Source: the human T2T-CHM13v2.0 reference genome, Homo sapiens
Reading direction: 5' to 3' (one strand)
Length of the DNA stretch: 64,000 nucleotides
Assembly (NCBI RefSeq): GCF_009914755.1
Contig: NC_060926.1
Within the stretch, counting starts at the first letter, position 1. The number at the start of each line of letters is the position of its first letter. The position numbers were made by a program, and so were the translations under genes. Positions 39,770-60,128 of this stretch are shown here, piece by piece. The notes beneath the pieces are model-generated. The model was not told the origin of the DNA. It saw only the letters and a list, made by a program, of their open reading frames with translations, and did no database searches.

Positions 39770-41200
39770 GTCATTTCCTCAGTGAATATGGATTATGTAT
39801 CTAGTAGGGGTCAGGTACTGTTCTACACACTGGGCATAAGGCCCTGAACAAACAGAGCAAGTCCTGCTGTCATGCAGCTTCTGTTCCAGGAGCACAAGAC
39901 AAAATAAAGACATACATGTAGGGATAGGTGGGCATCCATGCTCAGAGGGAAAGTTGAGGGTGGCATTTGGGGGTTGTCATTTTAAGCGGAGTGGTATGAG
40001 AAGCTCTGACTATGAAGATGCTACCTGAGGAGAGGACAGAGCAGGAGTGTGGGGCTAAGCCACCCAGCTCTCCGAGGGAAAATTTTTCAGCAAACAGAGT
40101 GACAAAAGTAAAGTTGTGGAGACAGATGATGCTGCCTGTCCCAAAGCAGTGGGGTCCAGTGTGCCGGGGAGAGTGACAATGAGAACCGAGGGGGGCTGGC
40201 ACCCACCATGCAGAGGGCTTCCAGCCACTGTGAGGGTGCAGCTTCTCTTCACATCCATGGGGAGGGAGTGGCCGAGTCTGCCTGCTGTTTCAAGGGCTTT
40301 GAAGAGAAGTGACTGGGAGGTTGTTTTCTGAAAACTTCAATCTAAAACTCAGTACTCTTGAGTAAACAGGTGTGGGGTGGGGAGCTGAGGCGAGCCCGCG
40401 GAGTGGGTGTCTGCCATGCTCAGGTGCAGCACATGGGCAGGAAGCATGGGAGGGCAAGAAAAGAAGAAGACCAATTTAGTCTAGATGGAAAATGATGGTG
40501 GCTTGTAGCAAGGTGGCAGCCGTGTGTGAGAAATGGCTGAAGTTTGGGTTTTTGGGAGGCTGGAGTCGACAGGATTTGCTAATGAAATTCACATGGGGTA
40601 TGACAGAAGAAGTGCCTTGCAGGTGACTGGAAGGCAGTAAACAGAAGAAAGCATTACCATCCACTGAGGTGGTGAAGGCACAGGCAGTGGGCTAGAGAAA
40701 TCGAGACATGAGCTTGGGATATTTTGAGTCTGCAGTGCCTAACAGGCATTCAGATGGAGATGTGGCATAGGGAACTGAATTTTCAAGTCCAAAGTTCAAG
40801 GGAAAGGGTCAGGTGAATAAGTCAATCAAGAGTCCTTAGCACACAGACAGGATGCAAACTCATGGGAATTGATGAGATTATAAAGAGACAATGTCCCAGA
40901 CTGAGCTCCAGGCAACCCCTAGTTTAGAAAGCTGAGGAAGGTACAGGGAAGGAGCCCAGAAGGAAGTCACCTTTGAGGCAGGAATCCAGCAGGCTGAGGG
41001 AAAGGCATGCTCTCCTGGAGAAGAAGAGGCCCACTGTTGGGTGAGAAAGATGAGGGCTGGCAACCAGTTGTCCACTTGGCCATGTGGAGGGCTCAAGATA
41101 AAACAATGAGAGTGGGCAAAACTCTTCTGATTGGTAGGTGAAAGAAATATGAGAATAATATGTTTGTCAGGGAATGATGTGCTTGGAGCCCAGCAGGCCT
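39770..41200 (-). mobile_element. L2 (3' region), interrupted at 40310-40457
   Basis: L2 motifs 'gaacaaacagagcaagtcctgctgtcatgcagctt' and 'gagtcgacaggatttgctaatgaaatt'. Confidence 0.7.
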
Positions 41201-42230
41201 TCTGGAACATCTTTTGACACCCCTTGCCTGATTCTGGTGGTTGATGAACAAGTGCGACGATGGTGGCCTCTGTCCAATCATGCTCCCCTCACATGCCCAG
41301 GAGTTTGTCTGGATAGCATTTCCCAATGCACTTCCTGTCAACAAGCCCCCATCTCAGAACCTGCCTCCCATGTAACCCAGCTGAAGACAGCGGGTAGATA
41401 AGATAGTGGGAGGAACAGCAAGAGATGTGAGGATGTGTGTGAGAGAACAATTACAAAGTTGAATTGCAAACTCTAGGCAGAGCATGGGGAGAGGTAAGAA
41501 CCTTATAGGTCACAGGAGAGTGAAGGGGGCTAATTCATTGGGTCAGAATCCCCTGGGTGCCAGGGTGGCTGTGGTAGGGGTGCTAGAGAGTGTGCACCGG
41601 AAAGCTACTGCCAAGTGTGCTGCTCAAAAGCATGGTAACAGAGTTGTTGGTAATGACAGAGTCTAAGATTAGACAGTGGCAGAGGTGGCTGAGAGGGGTG
41701 GAGGACAGGATCATGGGAGGTGGGAAAGTCATGGAACTGAGAGGCCAGGAAGTTGCTTGAATCATCGAAGCGGTCATTAAACTCATTAGGAAGAATTGCA
41801 TCTACATTGGTAGAGAGGAAGGCAGGGGCTGCATCCGCAAGGAAAAAGGGCATCATCCTGAGGCACTGCTGTGGTGAAGCCTGATGGGGCGCACTTCTGA
41901 GGAGCAGGGCTTGATTTTAGGGAACCTGAACATGGCAACACCCTTTGCTTCTTTACGCTACACTCCCTCAGTGCTTTCAGCAGAGGTTTGCATTCACAGT
42001 TCCCAAGCTTTCTCACCTCTGCGTGTTTATTCTTCGCTCAGACTCTGCCTGCCTGTGTATGCCTCAGGTGAGCAGGCGTATCAGCCCACATGGCTCTCTT
42101 TGCTGTCACTGCCAGCACTGAATGTGGCTGGTCCTTAAAGCTGCTTGGAATGACAGGGCCTGCTACTGTGAGATGAACCTACAACATGAAGGGACTTTTT
42201 AATGGGCAATTAAACCTACAGAAATGAACC

Positions 42231-42532
42231 TTTTTTTTTTTTTTTTTTTGAGACAGAGTCTTACTCTGTTACCCAGACTGGAGTGAAATGGCATGATTTC
42301 ACCTCACCGCAACGTCTGCCTCCCAGGTTCAAGTGATTCTCCTGCCTCAGCCTCCCAAGTACCTGGGATTACAGGCACCCGCCACCATGCCTGGCTAATT
42401 TTTGTATTTTTAGTGGAGATGGGATTTTGCCATGTTGTCCAGGCTGGTCTTGAACTTCTGACCTCAGGTGATCCACCCGCCTCAGCCCCTAAAATTGCTG
42501 GGATTACAGGTGTGAGCCACCACGCCCGGCCG
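42231..42532 (-). mobile_element. AluSx-like
   Basis: PolyT then full antisense Alu; TSD aaatgaa(c/t)ctt. Confidence 0.92.
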
Positions 42533-42697
42533 CAAATGAATCTTATCACTACAAAAAAAAGAAAACCTCACTTTGGAAGTCTGCCCTCCACCATTGTTCT
42601 AAACCCTTTGTTTCTTGTTGAGGTCTTCCTCAGGCCCTCACTCTAATTCCTTGGATAGTGAAAGCCAATCGTTAGCTCATCAAGATAGATATGTTAT

Positions 42698-43085
42698 TGA
42701 TATGGCTTGGATATTTGTCCCCACCCAAATCTTATGTTGAAATGCAATCCCCAGGGCTGGAGGCAGGGCTGGAGGTTCATGGAGGCGGTACCCTCATGGC
42801 TTGGTGCTGTCCTTGGGACAATGAGCTCTCATGAGAGCTGGTCATTTGAAGTGTGTGGCACCTCCCCACCCTCTCTCTTGCTCCCGCTCTCGCCATGGGA
42901 CGTGCCTGCTCCCGCTTCACCTTCCACCAAGAGTAAAAGCTTCGTGAGGCCGCCCCAGAAGCCCAGCAAATGCCGGTGCCGCGCATCCACAGCCTGTGGA
43001 ACCTTGAGCCAAATACACCTCCTTTCTTTATAAATTACCCAGCCTCGGGTATTCCTTTAGAGCAATGCAAGAATGGCCTAACACA
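42698..43085 (+). mobile_element. MST (MaLR) solo LTR
   Basis: tgatatgg...ctaacaca termini with 5-bp TSD gttat (42693-42697 / 43086-43090). Confidence 0.9.
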
Positions 43086-43109
43086 GTTATATGTAATTTC
43101 TACAAATGT

Positions 43110-48900
<5,791 letters not shown>

Positions 48901-50274
48901 CCTAGAGTTTACACTGTATGAAAAGCTTTATTTCTTGCTCATAGCCCATGTCAGTTGCAGATCAGCTCTGGCTAAATTGCAGGTTGGCTGCAGCTCTGGG
49001 CCCATCTTTCTTATTCCAGGATTGAGGCTGAAGGAGCAGTCTCCAGTCCATGCTGGCCTCATGCTCAAGAAAAATAGCAAGAAACAGGGACACATACTTG
49101 TAGCCCTTAGAGCTTCTGCTCAGATATGGCCAAGTCCGACATCAGCAGGAAAGGGAACAGGCTTCTGTCACGGGATGGCACTCAACTCTCCCAGAAACCG
49201 GTGGAGATGTGGAATCCTCTTACGGAGCAGGCAGAATAGATGCATGTACAGCCTGCACAGGCTCTAACAGGAATGGGGGTTAGTCGGCTGGCTCCCAGGG
49301 ATGTGGGGTCAGGGTCTTGGCTTATGCTGTGGGCAGAACTCATGGTCCACTCAACAGGCAGGCCCAGCAGCTCTCCTCTTCCCAGCACTGCAGCAGCAGC
49401 CTGTCACCGACTCCATCACTGCAGGGCAGGGAAGGGGAACTTTTCTCATTCCTCTTTTACCAGGGGTTTCTGTGCACTGAAGCATATCTTGCTTCTCCAT
49501 TGCCAGATGATGAGACTGAACAAACAAACAAAATTTGAACTTGTAAAGTTTTCTTCAAGGCTAAAGAGTTTGAGCGTTGTTCTGATTGTGGTTCTCCTAT
49601 CAAGTAGAAGTCCCTTACTGAAATCCATAGAAAATTCTGGAGTCAGGGCTTCTCATTTCCTCAGACTGCCATTGCCTCACCAACGCTGATGCTACAGTGG
49701 ATATGGAAGTCAGCCAGGGTGCTGGGGAGGAATATCAGTAACTCCAGAAGTTGGGAGAAAAGGAAATAAGAGGTCATCACAAGAGTAAAAGGAAGAGAGG
49801 GAGAAATGAAGACAAAACCACCAGCTAACCCTTTTTCTCGATGCTCTGAGTAAAGCACAGGGCCCCTTTCTGGGAGGCCACGCAGCCTGAGACAGGGAGA
49901 CTGGTGCACCCATCCGTTCAGCACCGAATGCCTGTCATGGGGGCAGATGGGCAGAAGCAGCAGCCTGGGCAGTGCGGCTGCAGAGGTGTGGTTAACCACT
50001 CAGTGAGAGCTGCCTCCGTGAAATGATAGAAGAAAAAGCCAGACTACAGGAGTTTCCAGAGTGACAGGATAGGGAGAAAGGGGCAACTCCACCGGGTAAA
50101 CACAGAATGACAACACCTGTGCCATCCGCCCTCCATGGCCACCCTCCTGTAAGCCCCCACTGGCCCCACACCAACCCTATTGGTGAGACAGGCCCTGCCT
50201 TTGTTCAAACCCCCTTTCTGTCAGCCACAGTGTCACTTACACAGGGCTACAAATTCACATATGCAAAAGCAGAG

Positions 50275-50948
<674 letters not shown>

Positions 50949-51909
50949 CAGAGCTATGCCTCCTGTCGTGTAACTTAACTTAAATCCCCGACTTGCCTGG
51001 GGTAGAGTGACACATCGCTTCTACACAGCTGAGCTGCTTCGGAGCTTTTGGCTTGTCCATCATATCCAGCTCAGGTACTGGGCCTGGGCCATACCCCAGT
51101 CCCCCAACCCACCCTGCAGCTTACACAGTGCTGTGCATTGGCAACCCGGCCTGTCCCCTGCTGGCCCTGATCTCTCCGCTGTGGCCCACCCTGGTCTTGG
51201 GACATTGCCGACACACAGTGCACAGCCTGCAAAGCGTCTATAGAAATGAGCTTCTTTGCCTCCACCCTCAATGCACTGCGCTATTCAATCCTCCCAATGT
51301 CTTGCAGGATTCCTGTTGCTTCTGTTCCTCCTAGTTTGAGGTTGTTGTTGTTTTTTCAAACGTTCAACACATGTCTAAATTCTGTTACCTTTAGGGTTCC
51401 TTAAATTGCTGCGGGAAGAAAGCCCTGGCCCTAGTTTCTACGACAGTCTATTTGATCCCAAGGTCAAATGTGGATTCTGGTTCTGCACTATGGAATAAGG
51501 TCCTGTAGTCCCGTAAACTTGCTGTTGCAGGGGCTCAAGGCTTTTGCAGATAGAAGCAGGCGTCTCCTTTGAGCTACCTGGGTGGGAGGTGGGAGAATCA
51601 AAGGCCCCCTCTTGAGAAAGATTGTGAGGCCTGCACGGTCCAGCCAGGCAGGGGAGCGGCTGCTGGGGTGGGGCACCAAGTATTTCATCACCTGGTCTGT
51701 GTCTTTCTCAGGCTATTCACTTCATTATTTTAAATGTTAAAGATTTTACTTTCTTTAGTTTTGGATAGTGAATGCACTCATATTTCAAATATTAAATGAT
51801 ACAAAAAGATGTGATTAGAAAGAAGTTCATCCCTATCTTGCTTCCTTACCCCTCCCTAGTTCCTATTTTCCCACATGTAGTTACATTTCTTCCCTGCTAT
51901 ATAAACCTT

Positions 51910-52572
<663 letters not shown>

Positions 52573-53038
52573 TAAGACTCTCTAGTTTTGTTTTTCTTTT
52601 AGTTTTTGGTTACTGTATTTTTCCAATAGAAAGTTCTAAAATTCCCCTTTGGTTCTTCTTTGTATCTTCTATTTCTTGGTTTAGACTTTCTATTTGTTTG
52701 CTGAGACTTCCTATTTTTATCATTTGTTTCAAGTTTGTTCACAATTTCTCACCATTTTGTGATAACTGCTTTACCGTCATTCTCAGATCATTATACCATT
52801 TCTGTAAACTGGGTGTTGACGTCTAATGATGTTTTAAATTCAGTCTGAGTCCTTCCTGGTTCTTGGCGTGCTAGATGATATTTTCATTGGAACTGGGGTG
52901 CTTGGAGTATGATGTTACGAGACTCTGGACCTGATGGTAGTCTGGGCCCCCGACAAGGCTTCCTCAGGCACCATGAGCAGGAGCCTGTTTGCTGGTGATG
53001 GTGAAAGTCCTGAAGCTCTGCCACCACCCAGTGGGGGG

Positions 53039-53581
53039 GAAATAGCACATTGTGAGAGGTGCATGGCTGTTTCTAGAAAAATGTCCTCTTCCTCAATCAT
53101 GGGCCTGTTTCCACAGTCCTGGCCAACAGACCTTTGATTGTGGGTCTTCTCAAAGCTGTGCACAGTGGTACATGCTGAGGCCAAAAGCAGAGGAAGCGTT
53201 TCATGGTTGTGGAAAGAGTGTTTGGCCCTAGAACCCGCCATACCTGAGGTTCATCAGTCATGTGACAAGGAACAGGTGGCTCATCCTCTTTGGATCCAAT
53301 TTTCCTTATATGTAAAATGGGAAGTAAAAGAAAAAAACTTCTGATTTTTCAAGGTTTCCATATGGATCAAACAGCATTAGGTGTGTAAAATGTCTGGCCC
53401 TGTACCCAAAAGAATGTTAATAGCAAATCAAAAATCACTGTTACTGTTTCATGGACAGGAGACCCAACATTATAGTGTCATAATGGGTCCCTAGATTTCA
53501 GGCACACCTAAGTTAACAGGGACACCTCAAGGAGAGAGGATTGAGGGAACATACTCCTCCCAAATCAAGCCCCTCGAGGAT
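53039..53581 (+). repeat. Left arm of inverted duplication
   Basis: Reverse complement of 54836-55417; ORF-track peptides 53138+ and 55067- are nearly identical ('SRGSVSWLWKECLALEPAIPEV'). Confidence 0.97.
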
Positions 53582-54512
53582 ATTTCTGTGGTGTTTGGAT
53601 GCAGTTTCTGTCTTGCTAGGCTGCCCCGTTCCTAGTCGTTTGGCTGGAGGGAGCAGGATTTTCTTGCGGCTTTTTTTCTCCATGTTCATTGACGTTCCTG
53701 GGTTGCCAGCTTTTCCATCATCCAGTCTTGGACGTACTCAGCACGAAGAAAACCCAGGGGACTCGACCCGCATGCTTCCTCACATCCAGTGGTCCCCAGC
53801 CAGCCTGCCTTCTTCTCTCCACTTTTCAGAGTCTCCCCGTGTCTGTTTTATATCTAATATCCGGGGTGTTAATTGTACTTAATGGAGAGAATAGGGAAAA
53901 GAATGTCTACTCCATCTTCCAGAAGGGAGAGTCCCTGGCAGGAGCTATTTGTGCAGTTCTGTGTTGAGTTTGGCTTTTTTGTGTTTTTGTTGGTTGTTGT
54001 TGTTACGGGGGGCATGTATTGCTCTTATAGTTAAATAAAGTATATTCGTACAGTTGTTCCACCCACCCCAGCCCAAAAGTACCTCTGTGTATCAAAACAT
54101 TTACTGGTTTTCTCCTGGGCATAGTCCTATGCATAGTCTCCCCTGGAAAATGAGAGTAAAGCCATCCTCTGCGGGGTATTTGCTGTTTGGAATTGAAGAC
54201 ATCCCTAGATATCCCCTTCCAACTTTAATTACAGCATTATAATTGAACATTTTAATTAAAAGCCAGCCTTGCTTAACAAGTGCTTTCCGTGGCTGGATGT
54301 GAACAGCTCCACATCTGTGGTGAGCCTCCTTTCCTTCTCCAGCAGCTCCGACACTTGGCTTCACCGGCTTCACCTGTGTGGCCTCCTGGGCTCAGACCCT
54401 CCCTCAGCACTTAGTCACATCAAGGCATTCTGAATTGTAAACTGCTGGCCCAAATGAAGGAAAGCAGATGCCTTAGCCCTCAAGAATAGCACCAGCAATG
54501 GAGCACCATGGG

Positions 54513-54520
54513 GTGTGTGT

Positions 54521-54552
<32 letters not shown>
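54513..54552. repeat. (TG)n microsatellite
   Basis: Direct reading. Confidence 0.95.
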
Positions 54553-54554
<2 letters not shown>

Positions 54555-54835
54555 TGTGAGGTTGTGTGTTTAAAAACTGTGGGCAGGTATAGAATTCTTG
54601 AAGCCAGTGTTTCCCACTGGCAGTGTTGCCTGTTGCCCCAGGGCCTTCCACAAGGGCCCTCATGGCTCCCACTGTGGATGTAACTTGGTGCAAACAGAGC
54701 ACAATGGCCAACTATAGACACATCAGCAGAACTTTCTTGTTGAATGAGATACGGCCAAACTACTAAGCCCCTTCCAGGAGTTAGGGCTCGTGGCTAGATA
54801 CCTTAGAAAACGGGCCATGAAGAAGATGTGGTTCC

Positions 54836-55417
54836 ATCCTCGAGGGGTTTGGTTTGGGAGGAGTATGTTCCCTCAATCCTCTCTCCTTGAGGTGTCCCTG
54901 TTAACTTAGGTGTGCCTGAAATCTAGGGACCCATAATGAGGCTATAATCTTGGGTCTCCTGTCAATTAATCTATAATTAAGGGCAGTTCCCATGTGTCGT
55001 CCATGAAACAGTAACAATGATTGTTGATTTGTTATTAACATTCTTTTGGGTAAAGGGCCAGACATTTTACACACCTAATGCTGTTTGATCCATATGGAAA
55101 CCTTGAAAAATCAGAAGTTTTTTTTCTTTTACTTCCCATTTTACATGTAAGGAAATTGGGATCCAAAGAGGATGAGCTACCTGTTCCTTGTCACATGGCT
55201 GGTCAACCTCAGGTATGGCGGGTTCTAGGGCCAAACACTCTTTCCACAACCATGAAACGCTTCCTCTGCTTTTGGCCTTAGCATCTACCACTGTGCACAG
55301 CTTTGAGAAGACCCACAGTTAAAGGTCTGTTGGCCAGGACTGTGGAAACAGGTCCACGATTGAGGAAAAGGACATTTTTCTAGAAACAGCCATGCACCTC
55401 TCACAATGTACTATTTC
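54836..55417 (-). repeat. Right arm of inverted duplication
   Basis: Matches 53039-53581 in reverse, with 38 extra bp at 54964-55001. Confidence 0.97.
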
Positions 55418-55557
55418 ACCTATAAATGAGCCATTTGACATGTTTCTTATTATATTAGTAATATATATTCATAAAATGATGCAAGTATGAAGATAAACAA
55501 ATAGAATAAAATAAATGCTAACCATTTTTTTCAGAAATAGTCACATTCATGGGTATA

Positions 55558-56180
55558 CCAGTTACCTATTAGGCTTAAAATTATACTTATTTAAAAAAAA
55601 TCCAAGGGCTAAAATAGCAATTGTTTTATTATGTCTCACTATTTTGTGGGTCAGGAAATCGAATAGAGTTCATCTGGGAAATCCTTCTCTTCCATATGAG
55701 GCCACCCAGCTTGACTTAACAGCACTCAGGTAGCACCTGGACTGACCTGCAGTGCCCAAGGCTTCTTCAGCCACATGGCAGGGACAGCAGGAGGCTGACT
55801 CCAGTGGGCAGGGGGCCCCTCTCCCTCTGCAGGTGGACTCAAGGCTCTCCAGCAGTTGAGTTGCACATCCCTCCTGGAGAAGGGCACCAGCATCCTGATG
55901 AATGTTGCCAGTTTCAAGTTATTGTCATGATAATACACGACAGACTTCCTGAAATGTTAATGATGGGCTCCTATGTGTTGGTAGGAGCTGACTCTAGCAC
56001 ATCCCTGCTTCTAAGAGGCCCAGGGGAAGGGGCAATTCCTCATGAAGACTATGCCTGGAGCTGGCATCACGTCATTTCTGCTGGTCTCTATTGGTTAAAG
56101 CAGGCACAGGCCAACTCAGATGTAAAAGGAAGGACCATAGACCCCCACATCTCAATAAGAGGGATTTCAAATGATCCACA
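55558..56180 (-). mobile_element. Old MaLR LTR (MLT1H/I-like)
   Basis: 'tctcactattttgtgggtcaggaaat...ggcatcacgtcatttctgctggtctctattggttaaagca...atgatccaca'. Confidence 0.55.
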
Positions 56181-58201
56181 GCTATCTTTAATGCCTTGTG
56201 TGTATGTGTATGTTTGTGTGTAAGGGTGTAAGTATATGGATGAGAATCTGTGTGGGCTAGGGTTAGATGGCAAATACTGTTTTGTAGCCTGTTTAATGTG
56301 TCACGAGAATGAATCTTTCCATGTCAGTAAGTATTCCTTTGTAGCATTACTTTTAATATGGCAATAGTATTTCACCATCTTGCTTGACTATAATTATGTA
56401 TTCATTGGTTACATTTTTTCCAATTTCCTACTCTAGCAACATTGCAGTAATGAGAAAAACCTTGGTATCATCTTGATTTCCCGTGACAGGCTGTTCCATC
56501 ACCCCACCAGTCATCTCTTTGCCTGTGCTCTTTGCTAACAGTTTGCCTCTCACGATAGACCCTAAAAATGTCTTGAAATCATTTAGTGGCTTCCCCTGCA
56601 GCTAGAGAATGGACATGTGATATAGTTCGGGCCAATCAGATGACAAGCTAAGTTGACCAAGACAGTCTAGGAAAGCTGCTCCTCCATGAAAATGAAAGTT
56701 CAAATCCTCAGGGAGAAACCACCTCTTCCTCTAACCTTTGGCTCTGGCTGTGTATAAAGTGCCACTTCGAACCCTAGCAGCCACCTTGCTGTCATGAGAG
56801 GGGGCAGGGGGTCTGTATGGAGGCCCCCCTGAGCCCTCCTGTGAGAGTGCCATGAAGCCCTGGAGTTGCCTCCCACAGGCTTCTCTCTAGACAAAAACAG
56901 TCCATCTTTAGGTAGAAATCATTTTCCATGTGTTCTATGCTTGCATATTAGAGCATCCTAGTTTTTCTTACAAGAAATTCCTAGGTGAAGAAATAATAGG
57001 ACAACAGAAAAGCACGTGAGATTTTAATCCTTATTGTTAATTTACTCTTGCCTTTGTTCATTTCGTTACAGGCTCATGGACATAAATTTTGCTGTATGTT
57101 TGCTTATGTAAAACATTGGTGTCAATTTAATGGGCAAAATAGTGGTGTCTCATTTACATTTGTGTTTTTATTACAAAGCATTTGAAGTGCTTATTAGTTA
57201 TCTGTATTTCTTGTGATAGGAATTACCCGTGCATATTCTTTATGCATATTTCTGTATTGAAGTCTTTATCTTTTTAATGCTCACTCAGACCTCTTTAAGT
57301 TTGTAGAAGAGTAACCCAGTTCTATTTGATCGAAATTTTTTCCTGAGTTAAACTTTGGTTCTTAATTTTGTTTATAGTAATTTTTATGTGTGAATGTAGA
57401 AAACGTTTACATAATCAAATCAGCCCTTTCCCTCTTCTGGTTTCTATTTCAGAAGTTCCTCTCCCGGGATTATGGAAATATTTACTTCTGCGTTTTTTTA
57501 ATACATCTATGATTATAATCTATTAAAGATGCAAGCTTTTAATGCCCCTGGAATTTATGCTGGTGCGCACCTAGCTTCACTTTCTTTCCCAGCTGTTCAG
57601 CAGTGCTGTCAAGCACGTTGAGTTTTGTGATACATCCTTTCTCCACTTAGGACCTGCCTCACACTTTGTGGATTGCTCCTGCTCCTGCTTCCAGCCATTT
57701 CTTGACTTTTTAACATTATCAAACCGGTTATGAGATTAGCGACTAACCATGGCCAATGTTGATGAAAATGGTCTGCTGAAATTGTATATGTCTAACCGTT
57801 CCCCGTTGGGAAACAAAAGAGCTCTACTACATCAGTGTGTGTGTTTCTAAAGTGCAGCCTGCCCACATCTGGGTGGTGACGTTGCCTTGTAGTACCAGAT
57901 GGCATTTTCTTTATTGACTGGGTGATCCTTGACCTCAGTCATAAGAAATGGATAGGGAATTGTAAAAATGTATCCATATTTCATGAGGAGATGAGAAGTC
58001 AACACTCTTCCCTGTGTTCACCTGTTCCTGTCCCAAACATACACTTTTGCCTGTCCTTTGCCCAGATGTCGTGGAGTTCGGGATTGAGGTATAGACCAGT
58101 AACTGTAGAAACAGGCTGTTGAAAAGAAGAGAATATCAACTATTCCCTCTTATAAGGGGGTACTTTAAGGTAATGAAACAAGTCACTTATAACTAAAATA
58201 C

Positions 58202-58492
<291 letters not shown>

Positions 58493-58720
58493 AACTAAAA
58501 TATTTTTATGTACAGATCCTGTGTTCCAATAACATACCTTACTCTGTGTTGATAAGGAAAGTGTCTCATGTTCTGTGGTCTGGCATGGACTCCATTGTGC
58601 ATAAAGAGAAAAGGACTCTCTCCATACTGAGATCTTGTTTTGTTTTCTACAAAGTTGGATATTTCCTATTCAAAATGTAAGCTTCTGTGCTTTGTGGTGT
58701 TTTAGTGACATCCAGTCATA

Positions 58721-58790
58721 TAGTGTAATGTAGTGTAGTGTAGTGTAGTGTAGTGAAATTCATCCAGTGTAATGTAGTGTGGTATAGCGA
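58721..58790. repeat. (TAGTG)n simple repeat
   Basis: tagtgtaatgtagtgtagtgtagtg... in two blocks, each preceded by catccagt. Confidence 0.85.
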
Positions 58791-60128
58791 AACATGTTTT
58801 AAGTAATGGCAAAAAGTCATAAAATGTGAAAAATGTAGGAAATACTGATCTTTTATAAAATTTACCTATTAATCACTTGAGATATAGCTTAAGGTAAAGT
58901 CACTAAAGTTTTTTAGCCTTTGTCTTTTCTTGCCCTTATCAGAGCTCCTCTGTGTGGTTTAACACAAGTGCTTCCATGCAAGTGCAATGCCTAAAGGTAA
59001 CCACGAGGCAGGGTCTCATTTCTCTACGATGATGCTTTCCAGCTGGATCCAATGAAAAAAGAAACACAACATCTCATCACAGAGTCCTTTTGTCCTCTGG
59101 GTGGGATTTTTTGCTGGAGCTGACTGCATTTGCCCTTTTTGCTCAGTTATTATTGAAATCCATGCATGTCACTTTCTACCATTTATTAAGAAAGCTATGA
59201 AGGCAGTGAGTATGAGGTTTCTGACAGCAGCCCCCGCTGTGCCATGGAAATGGGTTGTATAGATGGCTACATAAATGGGTCAAGGGAAGTAAATCCAGCT
59301 TCCTGTATCCATTATGTGAAATCTTAGGTCATAAAGAGTTCTGCATCTAGTCAACCGCCTGTGGAAAGACAGCCTAAAATACACAGCAATTTTACTCTCA
59401 TTCACCTACTATCATTTTTTTACCCCATTTTCATCCTAACATTCATAAGTGAATGGACATTTTAATTTTTCTCACATTGGGTTTCCATCCACTTTAATCT
59501 CCTGAAATTGACCACTGAAGGCCAATATTCACCAGGAATATCCTTTTTGCCAAATGTAGGAGCATTTCCTCAATTCCCTTTTGTGCTCATTCTGGGTCAG
59601 TCATTATGGATATTGTGGATGACTCTCTTCCCTGGAGAAGCCCTGTGTCCCCACCCCTGACTTCTTACATTAACTCCATTCCATGCTTCCAACACTCTAG
59701 AGTCACATCCACTAATACTGAGCTGGACTCAAAGTCAGCTTGTCCTTAGTGATCATAACATTATCAGTATGCATTTGCCTGTCACGTATGTTGTGCAGCA
59801 CTCTGGCAGGAGTGTGGCAGGTGTGTGGAGGGTGAAGCCATTCTTCCTCCCTGTTGCCCAGCTGGTAGCTGTTCTCACCCTCCTTGTCTGATCCTAAGCC
59901 TTCTCTGTGGGTCCTTGCCATTCTCAGTGGCAACAAGGGCAAGAGAATAATGTAAATGTCAGGACACCACCATTTCTAGCAATTCTAGCAAAATTCCTAA
60001 AGCCACTCACCACCAGGGTGAGGTCCACTACCTCCTGGTCTTGAGGATTCTGACCATGCAGTAGAGCAGTTTCCTGGCAGTGGAGAGGAGAGCCCACACC
60101 TCTAATCATCCGCACCTATCTCATTTCT

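Noticed and set aside
53138-55291. Two near-identical small ORFs on opposite strands as a paralogous gene pair
   Set aside because: They result from the inverted duplication, have different starts and ends, and overlap MIR-like sequence
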